From: Phoronis australis
Taxonomy: Eukaryota > Animalia > Phoronida
Reading direction: 5' to 3'
Assembly: GCA_002633005.1 (NCBI GenBank)
Contig: NMRA01000025.1
Coordinates: 1,157,160 to 1,221,159 of the forward strand
Length of the DNA: 64,000 bases
Shown: in pieces, positions 14,585-26,753 of the stretch
Numbering within the stretch: position 1 is the first letter of the stretch
How the letters are laid out: every line of letters starts with the position of its first letter
Translations under genes and position numbers: made by a program
Notes under the pieces: generated by a model
Told to the model about the DNA's origin: nothing
Seen by the model: only the letters and a program-made list of their open reading frames with translations
Databases searched by the model: none

Positions 14585-15175
14585 CTTCACTTACAGTGTC
14601 AACATGTTTTTTGTTAGAAAACTGCAAATTTTGTGAAAAATCTGCAAATCTGCTATGCAGAATACTACTGTGCAATTTTAGTAGAACACAGGGTACAGTT
14701 CAGTAGCTGTCTCGTGGCTAGAAAAAAACTAGTCAAAATCATGGGTTCTCATTCAAAATGCACTGCAATATCTCGCGTAATCTTGCAAAGTCTTGCGTTT
14801 GTACCGAGGTCCTAGCAAGGTCCTAGTGTTATTGAACTCTACCACGAGTTTGTAATCTGCTTGTCTGGTTTATGCAAGAACATCAAAGTAATAATGACCA
14901 AGTGGTTGGAATACTTACACCTTCCCTCATCACTTATACAGTTGCTTACCACACTGTGCTCATTATCTTGCTCAAACCACTCACCTGAGAATGGGACTGT
15001 AAAAATGAACTGACTGAGGAAAAGGAGATTTTTTCTTATTGATAAAGTTTATCGCATAGTATTAGCAGTACATTGTAGTGAAATTCACAAAACACGTTCA
15101 TACATTCTTCATGTGTTATTTTAGTGTTTTGTTTGAACTGAAAGTGGGTAGAATTGTCGTAAGTAGTTTGAAGTA

Positions 15176-15365
15176 GAGGCAAAAAATGAACACTTGTTGA
15201 CACAACTCGTTGTCGAAGAAAAATGTTCTTTTAACCAAAAAATTACAAAAACCACCAAGAAGAGAAAATCGTCTTGAGTAGTTGGAACTGGAGGCAAAAA
15301 ACACTTGTTCGCACTTGTTCACTGTCAAAGAAAAATGATCTTTTTACCGGAAAATTACAAAAAAA
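15176..15365. repeat. Diverged tandem duplication of about 115 bp
   Basis: gaggcaaaaaa..acacttgtt..gtc.aagaaaaatg.tctttt.acc..aaaattacaaaaa occurs twice. Confidence 0.7.
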
Positions 15366-16295
15366 ACATTCTAAATACGCAGTGCTCATTCATCATCTTG
15401 TTCAGGGCTATCCCACTTATCCTTCTGGGCTGAAGCACATACCAGTGTTTTTGTGATTGATGCCTCCCCTACAGGCTGTGGTCATTTGTCAACCACAGCC
15501 CTGGCATCAAGGAACTCTCCCTCTACAGTTTGTCATTACTCACATATCTATACCCTAACTTTTAGTAAGCCAGATGCAAATTCTAGTTTAAAGTTAGAAT
15601 ATTTAGATGTGATCATCCTTGAACAAAGTATCGCCCCTCTGTTGTCTATAGTTGTTTTTCATGAATGGTGTGGGAACTATTTTTTATGTTTGCAACATGT
15701 ATGTAAGTGACTCCGTAAACTGTTTTTTCTCTGAGCCTCCAGCGCTTGATGAACAGATCAGATTAACATTACAAATTACAAAGAAAGTTTATGGCGTCCA
15801 GTAAGTTATTTTCCTAATATATCGTTCACATGGGAGAAAACATTACCTTTTTGCTGCATGAAATAACTGAAAATGCTCCTGGGAACTGTTCTAAGATGCC
15901 CGTGGTTCATCTAATATGCGCAATAATTACTTTGGCAGACATCAATAAATAAGCTTCTTAGCTTATAGAAACAGCTGGTGTAAAACCTGTTCATGTGAAC
16001 GCGGTACGAAGTTCTTCACTGCACTGTGGAAGTGGAGCTCAAATCTTCTGGTTCTGTATGATTTCATTGTGGCGTTGGTAGACATTCTTTGGGTACTTTG
16101 TACCAAGGCTAGACATCACCTGTTCAAATGTGTTTTCCCACACCTTCTGGTGAGTGGCAAAATGATAAGTACCAGAAAAAGACCCCAAGAGAAATGTAGG
16201 CATGGCTGAGGTGTTTTTTTCCTTGTGTATTTGGCAATGCTTAGAAGTGTGAAGTAAGAACCATGGCTGTCTATGTCTAAGATTTTGAGACTTAT

Positions 16296-16418
16296 CAAAT
16301 GTACTTTTTGTCCAGTTAACTCACTTTGAAGTTTCCGTGGTAGAGTATTGAGAGATTTAACAAATGTACTTGTTGTCCAATACCCTCACTTTGAAGTTTC
16401 CCTGGTAGAGTATTGAGA
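16296..16418. repeat. About 65-bp tandem duplication
   Basis: caaatgtactt..ctcactttgaagtttcc.tggtagagtattgaga occurs twice. Confidence 0.85.
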
Positions 16419-17509
16419 TTTCCCTATAATCCTGAGACAGTTCATAGCAACCAAAATATGTGTAGAAAAGTGATCAAAAGGAAATGATGCGTGTGACATG
16501 ATAATGTTTTTATGCATTTTCATTATGATGCAGTGTTAGTCTACCTTGCTTTACTCTGCTGGCGCGTATCCATGTGCTACCAGCATGCATGTAATCATTG
16601 CTGGCGCTTTATTCACTGTGGCATTGAGTCTATCATTCAATTAAACATAATTTATCATTTCCGATTGCACAGGATTGTAACGGTTTTATTTGAACTTGAT
16701 GCAGGCCGTTTTAATTAACCCTGTGATCCATTTCCGACGATTTAGCTTAATGGCACACTTATTTCATGTCATTCATACAAATTAATATGGGAATAATTAA
16801 ACAGATACCTTACCAGTTGAACGTACCTTGGAGTGCTCGCTCTTTCTGCGCTGCCCATTTAGACGCATCAGTGTTTTTGGAGAGTGTCTTTAGGAAGGAA
16901 CAGTGAGCTTAGCTCGTAGATTGAAGTTAGCATGTTAAGTGGGCAGTAAATAGTTGTGTTTTACAGAGCAGCGTTGTTGCTTTGATGCCGTACTCATCCC
17001 CCCACGAGGCATATTTGATAATCAAGCAAAATTCCCATCATAAGGTCGAAAGCGTCCCCCTCAAGTGATTAATAGCCCGCTCGAGGTTAGAATCATTTGT
17101 AATTCACACAGATGACAATTTGAAATGGCACAAAAGGTCAGAAAGCATAGTCACCCATCTTCGCATGTGAACGGTAGGCCTGGCACTTCCAATGACAACA
17201 CGTAAAATCAAATTTATCAATTTGATGTTACAATAAATCACATTTCCAGTAACAAATCCTGCTTAAAAAAGAATCTATAGACATTATTAAGCTCAGGTTT
17301 TGTGAGTAGTGACAGATGATATTTTAGTAATTTTAATGCGAGTGTGTTGTAACATAAAGTATGTTGTTAAATTTTCGAATAAAAGAATTTGTGGTTATAG
17401 TCATGAAAAGTGAAAATATTAATTATAATACTAATATGCACCGTGAGTACATTGCTCAAAGATGTATGTGACAATGTATTGAATAACACAACAAATTTCC
17501 TTTTTGCAG

Positions 17510-17554
17510 GAACATGGTCCAGAGTTTACAGAAGCAACAATTGGCAACCTAAAG
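17510..17554 (+). CDS. TRIT1: Candidate 45-nt phase-0 exon of the TRIT1 variable linker (EHGPEFTEATIGNLK)
   Basis: Near-consensus acceptor tttcctttttgcag and donor AAG|gtgagt; length divisible by 3 and open. Assignment to TRIT1 rests on strand, position and phase only. Confidence 0.6.
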
Positions 17555-17897
17555 GTGAGTACAGCTAAAGGCAGCATGTCTTGACCCTTACCTGTAACCA
17601 CCATTCTGTTACCACTGAAGGAAGGGCACAGTGGGTAACCATCTGTTGTAGAAGGTGGAATTAACCTAATTTTGAGAAAAAAAAAGTCTGATCTATTGTA
17701 ATTATAATGCTATTCGAGTACCCCACGTGTCACTGAAAGGCGGAGCCTGCTTGTAAAATTAATTACAGCATGCATTTATTTGAGAAAACTGAAATTTTTA
17801 TTTAATCTCCTGAAAGATACTTATTTTGAAAGATTCTTGTTTGCATGTAAATGTAGAAATATGTTGATTTGTACAGCTGCCACTTAGTAAACATCTT

Positions 17898-18000
17898 CAA
17901 ACATTTTTAGCATTTAGACAATGATGAAGGAAATGACCAGCTTTAGTTACCGTTTTGAAACATTTTTAGCATTTAGACAATGATGCGGAAATGACCAGCT
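17898..18000. repeat. About 59-bp tandem duplication
   Basis: aaacatttttagcatttagacaatgatg..ggaaatgaccagct occurs twice. Confidence 0.85.
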
Positions 18001-19587
18001 ATGTTGCGACTTCTACCCTAAACACATTACAAAATGCTCATGGGCACTTAACTGGAAATCAGTCTCTATACTAATAATTTCCACTTGAAAATGAGCAGTC
18101 TGTTGGCTCCATCCTTCAGGTTGGTTGGAGTTATCTCCCTTGTTTTCTAACTGGTGTAGACTATTGTGCTTGACATTTCCTGTGCTGGTCTGGAGATAAC
18201 TTATGTTTCACATTTACTGAAATCTAAATAAGTAAAGTAATTATGCAAACCCAAGTTTCCATTCTCGGTTTAGAATAGTTGCTGTATTTCTGCTTATTGT
18301 TAATTTATTTTAATTTTAATAACTTTAATATTTTAATGTTCATATTGAAGTACTCAATGTAACTTGCTCTGGTAACTTATGAAGATGACGTCATTCAAAT
18401 TATTGTCTATTAGCTATTTACATTTCAAGTTCGTAAAAGTCTGTAGTTTTTTAACTGAGAAAAGTTAAGTGAACTTGATACTGCATGTTCGCATAAATAG
18501 CTCCTCCCTCTCCTCTTCTCAAAATTGTTGTTTTTAAATGCCTTTGCTTGGCTCATCAGCCATCCTTGTCTGGTATGGTATAGTGTCATGTATCTGCTAG
18601 CAATGTACCCATTGGGGTGTAACTCTGTGCTCTTCTTCCCTGCTCCGCCCTGTGCAATGATTGCTAATGCTGTGTTTCTTTTTATCTGTTATGTACTAGC
18701 TAAGGATCCTGGATGGTCTTAAACACATAGACTGGTCTAGGGTTCACAAGTATTTTATCTTAAGTTTGTATACCTGATTAGTTAGTTAGTGTGATTAACG
18801 CCTAATCCCTTTGGACTCAGACAATGGTCTTAGCTAGTACTCCAGTAGTGGATTAGAGTTGTGCTTTGCACTGGATTATTGAGGATTATCCCTCTGATGT
18901 CATGGACTTGGTTGGCGTTGTGCCTAATTACTGCACTTTTTGTGACGTCTTACAAACACATTCTTCGCTGAATAATGACGGATACCCTCTCAGAGTTTCC
19001 GTGTAAAACTGGTGCACGCGACTGCCACGCAGTACTACGTAATGTGTAGACAGGTGTTCCGACACAAGTTTTGATGCTAAAAAGAAGTTGTACTCTACAG
19101 TTGGAGTGTGTGGACAATGACTCGAGCTGTATGCGTTTTTTGAACCACTGTTTCAAAAGTGGGACTGTAAAGACGCGAGTTGAAAGGGACATGTGGTGAG
19201 CGTGTGTAAGTCTGTGGGTTAAGTCTCCTTGATCAATGACATGAGATGATTCAGGGTTGTTATCTTTAACTTGATATGAAGTGTATACTGACCTATAGAT
19301 GATCCCTTGATTTTGAGGTTTCAAGATCAAAGGTCAAGGCCACGCTGTCCTTGATGTAAAACTTGTCTTGGGTGATATTTTTAATTGGTTTAGTAATTAG
19401 TCATTTCGTGTTAAATCACCATGAATTATATTAGTCAAACAGAAGGAACGAACAAGTACATGTATTAGGACAACAGATAATTGTTAAGGCAAAGGGAGTT
19501 GTGACATCTGTTATCGAGTCCAACTAGTTAAAAAAATTAATAAAATATTTCTCCACTTTCATTATTGAAGTAGCAACCACTCTTCTT

Positions 19588-19648
19588 TTTGTCAATAAAC
19601 ATGCTGTTTGTCAATAAACATGCTGTTTGTCAATAAACATGCTGTTTG
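19588..19648. repeat. 19-bp tandem repeat, 3 copies
   Basis: TTTGTCAATAAACATGCTG x3. Confidence 0.95.
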
Positions 19649-20386
19649 GCAGGCTAAAGGGATCAAATGGGCCTTTTTGTAAGATGAGAAGCAAGGTGGA
19701 TTTTTGTCCTACATCCCATGGCGTCAAGATCTTACATAACATGTTACTGCACTGCAAGAATTCACCTGAGTTTTGTAAATCCTTGTGCTTGTTTTCACAT
19801 GGAGGACATAGACCTTATGTGAGGTTATGCAACAAAATGGCATGAATAAGTCTCTTTTTGTTAAGTTTGAAACCCGCAAGTCATCTTTTTCTGGTCAATC
19901 TCCTTTTGCTGCCTATGGCCTCTAAGTATGTGTGTTATTTTGTTTCGTTTTAACCATTGCCTAAATTTGGAGATTGCAATTCTCCATTTATTTCGTTCAA
20001 AATAAATTAAATTTATTCTCCTGACTGGGTTGACGGCTGTGCGAAATTAGCTCTGAGTAACCATTAGCATCCCGAACTGCCCATGTGCGAATTTAATGAA
20101 ATGAGGTCTTGGAGTTACCAATGTGATTTGATTTAATTAACAGCAATTAAGTTGCTTTGTCCTGTTCTAATATAAAAATACTTGATCCCCTCATTTGTGA
20201 AACACTATTTGTCCCTTTTAACTAATGTTTGCAAGAGCATGAGATATCCTGAATGCTTGGCCAAATAAGTTACTAACACAACATTTCGCCACGATGTGAA
20301 TATAGAGTTGCTTGAAGGCAAATGTTTTTAAAATCGAGTTTTATGGCGAAAACGATCCACTGTACATCACTGAACCTGCCCAGTAT

Positions 20387-20626
20387 CTGGGCTTATAATT
20401 TTCTTCTTTTTTAGAGGATTTCCACTATTTTGGTTTAAATTTCATATTACTGGATTGCTAGTTTCCTCTTTCTTCATCTGTTTTTTATCGTTATTTTGAC
20501 TTTAATCATACAAAACGTTTACTTCAGTTAAATTTCACAGCACTGAAACACAAGCTTATTTATTTGTGGAACGATACATCACCTTAGAAATTTTCCATTT
20601 GTTGTCATTGGTCATTCCAAGCCCTG
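20387..20626. mobile_element. Older, shorter relative of the 50439 MITE
   Basis: Right end ttgtcattggtcattccaagccctg is identical to the 50938 end. Left end ctgggcttataattttc is a degenerate match to cagggcttggaattttc. Confidence 0.6.
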
Positions 20627-23200
20627 ATAAGTGTCATGACACGGTGCTGAGGAATAAAACTTTCACTTTTACAAATTGTCAATGAATACAGCTGCACTTC
20701 AGTCAAAGTAGATTGTGTTAAAACAGCATTGTCGTTTAGTTCCTGCTATACATTAGCATAGTTAGGATTATGCAAGTACATATTTAAATGAAAGTTGTGT
20801 GAAAGACATCAGGCACTGTAAATATAAAATAAATTTCATTATAAAATGTCATATTTTTAGATCAGGAGAAATGATTGTGTTACATGATTCTCCAGTATTA
20901 ATAGTCAGAAATTCAAACAATGCCGCCTTTATCCTAATTAAGGTTGTTTAGGGAGTAACAAAGGATTTTCTGTTGTATTTGTATCCAGCTTGAAGCTAGC
21001 ATCAATTTAACCAATCATTGGGTATCACTTTGAACCAGCAGTGCTGGTGTAATTATGAATGATCCCTCTGACAGCTTAGGATATTTTGGACAAAATATCT
21101 TAGTAACAATTAGCGTATTTGATAGGAGTCAGATCTTGCATCTAACTATATATCAACTTAGTGTATTCCACTAGACAGGAGACCAATGTTTGTTCAGCTT
21201 ATATATTGTAAAGATAGCTGGGCTTCATTAGGGACCACTTAATCAGTCATTAGTGTCTGACATGTACTGAGATAGCTACTGCATCCAAAAAGTGCCTTTA
21301 TGGTATTCATTTATTATCATCAAAGTTATAACTACGGTATTAGTATTGCATGCACACCATATTCTAGCATATTGTCTGATGAATACAATTGCCTGAGGTA
21401 GTAATTTTCGAAGTGCTTAGTAATTTACAGCGACATGTAAATCTGGCTTAATTATCATTATTTTTTAGTTTTAGCATTTTAATTTTATCTAACTGGGTCC
21501 AAACCGTCACACTAAGAAGCGAATTAATGTCTTGCAGTGCATGGAAAATTGACACTAAGACTATAACCAGCCACTGACTCTGATTACTCTACAGTAAACT
21601 TATTTGTCAAAAGAATCATTTTTCCTTTTAGGTGATATAGGACATTAGGTAAATGTCCAAATTTTGTTAACTTCAGAACACGTTATCTCAGTAACGGCTG
21701 GTGGCATTCACGTGGCAGGTATTTTTTCAACATGTTTGTTTGCTAATTGCATATTTATTTATTTGAATACATGTAGAGGGCACTGATTCAGCTTTTGCAT
21801 TGACTACAAGCATTGCGGCAAATCCTTTGAACTTCGGGTCTGTAGGCTTCGATTTTAAAGGCAATAAGAAGCCAGAAGGACTGGAGTGGCTTAGGTTTAA
21901 GGCCCACCCCCATTGTTAACTGGAATATTTATGGTAATGGGTGGACTGTCAACTGTCCCTTTGCTGACCACATTTACCTGTTAGGTATAGTTGCCTTATC
22001 AATCCTTAATCTCCAATTCCAAAGAAATACCTGTACATATACTGTAGTGTCTGTTCATAACCAGAGGCCATGTAAAAATCAACAGTGTGGTTTCTAGCCA
22101 ACTAACAAAATCACAGTCCAGTATGGGACTACAATAAATGTACATTATCATTGTTGTGTTGTTTTTACTTGCTTTTGTTGTTTAACAGAGGTCCTGGTTG
22201 TGTGTGCTGGTGTGTACAGAGCTGTCATGTTGACACTTCACCTGATATTAGCTAGGTTTGGCTGTATTTTTGTGGCAACCTGACCACACACACAGAGACA
22301 TTTGTTTTTCATGTTATTTTCTGTAATCCTTTATGAGTTGGTGCAGTGCGCTGATTTTGTATTCTATGTTTGTATTTCATGTGTGTACACTTTGGGCTAC
22401 CTACAAAACAGCCAGATAAACATTAGTGGAGGGGCACACACACTAAATTGTCTTAAGATTTTGCACCTTTCCCTGGACCCAAATTTCAGTTTCCCCCTCT
22501 TAAAGTTCTCGTTACATCTGCCAGAACAATAGCTTTTCAGAAATACATTTGATGTGCCAGTCTAAAATTAACTAAAAAACATTTTTTCATGAAATGCTGG
22601 GGGGGGGGGCATGTTTTATTTTCAAAGCCTGCTGTAGGGTCATAGTGTTATCACACTGCAGTTAAATATGTCCTTGGACTGTATTTTACTGGCTTGCTTA
22701 GGCATCCCTGCTGTGTTTGTATGGCCGGCCTGAAAGCCCCTCAGTGGTGGGCACAAATCAATTCCAGTCATTGTTTTAAATATTCAATAATGTGCAATCA
22801 AAATAATAACGGCAATAGTAACAAAACGAATGCATTTGTAATAAATATTTGTTTTCGTCTGCTTATTCATTGACTGGTAACAGAGGGGCCCCAGGTAGCT
22901 GTGTAATGTGGCAATATGTTAGTTAACACAGCTTTGTGTTATGAATGTAAACTTTACAAGTGTACTACATCAAACAGGTTCTGTGAACCCAAACAGATCT
23001 TTAATGAAGGTGTTACAACTAACCCAGTCCATGTAAATAACTGGTTATTGGGAATAAGTAGTAGTTTTGTTAATGTTACGTGACTCCATCAACTCTCATT
23101 GGGTGAGACCTCACAGGTAATAGCTGCTCCAGTCCTTGCCATGTCTAGACTGTATTGTAGCCAGTGACTGATTCGGTGAATGGTAGGGTTGGTGCAGCCN

Positions 23201-23441
23201 ACTAAAACTTACCTTCTACGTTGTGAATATAATGATCCCAAAAGAACTTGTAGCCTTTCTGAGTTGAATTTTTCGGCGTTTTTGTATATTTTTGGGAAAT
23301 AGCGTCCACACTGGAAAGACTGATAATTGGTAAACCGTCAATCAATTTTGACCAAGCACTGGGAGCTTCCATTCTGATGCGTCGTGTAACCTCGTTTTCG
23401 AGCCGGGCGATTGCAGCGCCGCTAAAGCGTGAAAGTAGAGA
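23201..23441 (-). mobile_element. End of a young DNA transposon carrying an intact first coding exon (23213-23372)
   Basis: CpG-rich block absent from the allelic copy. The minus-strand ATG..GAAG|gtaagt exon encodes MEAPSAWSKLIDGLPIISLSSVDAISQKYTKTPKNSTQKGYKFFWDHYIHNVE, recalling the N-terminus of SWIM/YqaJ accessory proteins of ISL2EU/KolobokP-type elements (from memory, unverified). Confidence 0.55.
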
Positions 23442-26400
23442 ATGTCTAGACTGTATTGTAGCCAGTGACTGATTCGGTGAATGGTAGGGTTGGTGCAGCC
23501 CAATCATTAGTAGAAGTGTTCTGAGTGCAACCAAGTATGGTTGGGATCAATAACTGCACCCTCTGCTGCCTTTTGTCCCGCCCAACTTTTTGTGCCATGG
23601 TGGGGTGGGAATATAAGAGAAATGTTATTGTAGTCAGTGTTAGACAGGGGAAAATGTCCGCTGGAAAATACGAGTTTGAGCATACTTGCCACTCACATTT
23701 CCAGATTTGGCCTCGTAAAAGCTGGCGACAAAAATCTCACCAAGCATGGCAGTGCTTTGCGTATTGAATTCTATGGTTTATCTTGCAATTTGATATTGTA
23801 GGCTTGTTTTTCCCATCCAGTAGCCCGATGTTTCGAGTCAAAGTTATGTCAATGTACTCACTGAAAACTTACATGTGATACGTGAACAATAATAAAATAT
23901 TAAGTTTAGTTGGCATTTGATGTAGATAATTGTCAGTTGAATTAATGCATTTTTGTTCTAAATCCCAGGTATGTATTGTGCTGAGACCACACATCACTGA
24001 CTCGTTCAATGTTTGTCATGATCTAGTGTACCACAAAACCTACAAGTTATTTAGGTGCGACATTATCTCTGAGCCAGCTTTAGGGCTGGTCCCGTTGCCT
24101 TTCCATTGTGGTCAGCAGTCTTGTCCAAGTGACGTGCCTTGCAGCACAGAAATGTCTCATAGGCTATGGCTGAATGACTATGCCAGGGTGACAGGTTAGA
24201 GGTTGGACACTGTCGCCAAAATGATAGGTCAACAGGTACAATGTGGTCAGCCCAGGTATTTGATTTTTGATTGATGAAAGTCCATTCTCCTTTTAAAAGT
24301 AGTTTCCATGTTTTAGGCAACAAAAGTTCGTATTTCTTGATGATAAAAATTCTTGGGTATGGCAACTTTCAGGATGTGTCCTCAAATTTTTTGAAAATAG
24401 TCTTTTATACTTAAGTTGTAGTTTTTACATTGCCCCCCCCCCCCTCCATTTAATAGGCAAGGTGCTGGGACTGAATCATGTCTATATATTAGGTCAATGG
24501 TTTTGCATTTGTGTTCTCATATGTTTTTTGGGGGGGGGAAGGGGAGGAAGGAAGGGGGTGGTTAATATGAAATTTTTGTTCAGTCTTGTTCAAATGTTGC
24601 CCTATACTATTAATGCTAGTTTAAAACTCAGAGTGATTATTAGGTGTGCTCTTTACAAAATTGAATAAATGGAGTCATTTGATAGACCAGCAGCTACCAT
24701 TCAGTTTTATGAATGAATCCAGTTGGGTTACAAAGTACCCAATCCAATGTCTCCTTTGGTCCTGACTTCACAAACAACACCCATTCTCTAAAACCACAAA
24801 TGACAAATGGTCTAGCCAACCACAAGTGAGCTGATTATGAATTCCTCTGCTGGGACTACTTTCTCCTTTGTTATCTTGCTGTGGTTTCACCTAGTATTTG
24901 TTGGCCTTGCACTAGATATGTGTGCCTGTGTTTGGGTGTGTGTGTGTTCCCAGGGATTTAGTAGAAGGCATCCAAAAAAAAAATTCGACTAACCACGTTA
25001 TTAAGTTGTTTACTTTCGCTTTTTGCCCGGGAAAGAACAGGCACCAAAGAAAGTACATCGGTTATTATGACATAGTTTGTTATACCACTGTTATGCCTGG
25101 ATGTTATGATATAGTTTGCTGTCATACCACTGTTAACATTTTTCATTTTAGATGACATGGACTGGCAAAATATAGTAAAGTACTGCTGAGCAGATTCCCA
25201 CTGCAATGTAGCTGAAATTGACTCAGCCATTTTTGCTAGAAAACAATAAAGTGAAATTAATTTAATTTTTACTTCTTGTGGTTATTTCCAACTACAGTTG
25301 ACTCGGTATGGTTTGTGGAGCATCAATCAGTGGTAATGCATAAATTTGGTCTTGGACTGAAGTTAACTGTACATGTTTGCTGTTTAGAGAATGGGTGGAT
25401 TTAAAAGGGGTATTTCGTGTTGGTAGGATGAGTCTCACCTCTGAAAACGATATTTAGCATGTGGGACAAAAAAGTTAAGAATCGCTATATTTTCATTTTA
25501 CCTCAGAACTGCCTCTTTCGCTAGGTATAAATTTTGATCGTGCGTCGATGTGCTGTGTGCGTTGACACACCTCAAAGTTGTAGCTAATATTAAAGATGTA
25601 TTTGCATGATCCTAACTAGGCTAATGTGTGGTAGGAACTAAACAACAATGCTATATTAACATCATCTACATTAAACGAAGTGCAGTTGTATTTATTAACA
25701 ACTTTTAATGTGAAAACAAAAAATTCTGCAAGTAGGTGACCTTTGCACTAATGAGGTACCTCCCCAACACCACCTCACATACTTACTGTAGATGATTGAG
25801 TGATTTATGGTAGACCATTCCCATCACAGAACTTGTTCTTGCAAACATTTGGCAATTTTCAAGGTACTTCATATTCATTCACATGGTTGCTATATGTTGT
25901 GTGTTCTAATTTGACCAAGCAATCACAGAGATCAGGAATTAGGGTGCAAGTTCCACTTTAATTTGTGAAATTAGACAGCCATGTATAATAGCTGCTGCAG
26001 ACGGTTTATTGTTCGAAAGTTTTCTTTTAATCTCGGAAAAAGGCCGTAACTGATTGGTTGCCACAGGCATAAATTAGATTTGTGACCAGAGATGGTTGTA
26101 AATCCTTTAGTGAAAGAGGCCCTGAGGCATTATCACAAACAAACATGCTTCAAACTTAACAGCAAGGAAAAGGTCATTATTTCACAAAAATTAAGTTTTC
26201 TTTTCAGCCTATTGTTTCCTGAATTGAAAAACCTTTGTATTAATTGTAAAGCTGAATTTTATCATAAAATTTCTTGAAAATTGCTTAGTTTTATCATCAC
26301 ATTTTGTTGCGTCGTCCCCAATATCACAAGTCGTGGGGTACCATGTGTATAAGAACTATTGTACTGACCTCTGGAGGCAATGTACTCATTGGCCACTGTG

Positions 26401-26753
26401 GGGCTGTGCAAATACAACCTTCCCTGATACCCATCTCCTGGACCTTGTCAAAATAAATCTGTGATTAAGTTAGGTATCTGAGTTGCCTGCATTAAAACAA
26501 GAATGTCCAATACAGTTGTTGATTGTTGACACTGTAACCGGACTCTACTTCACTCTATGACCCGCTGCTATCCACCCTTTCGGCTCCCCATTGTTGTCCT
26601 TCCCTTCTTTAGACTTCAATTCAACCTGGCTACATTTAACCGGTGTGTTTGTCTTTGCTTTTTTATCATTGACTGATCTACGGGCCGACTTGCCTTGGGG
26701 GCAGTTCTTCTGTTGCTTTCTCAGCAAATAGTGATAATCTTGGAGAACAGTGG

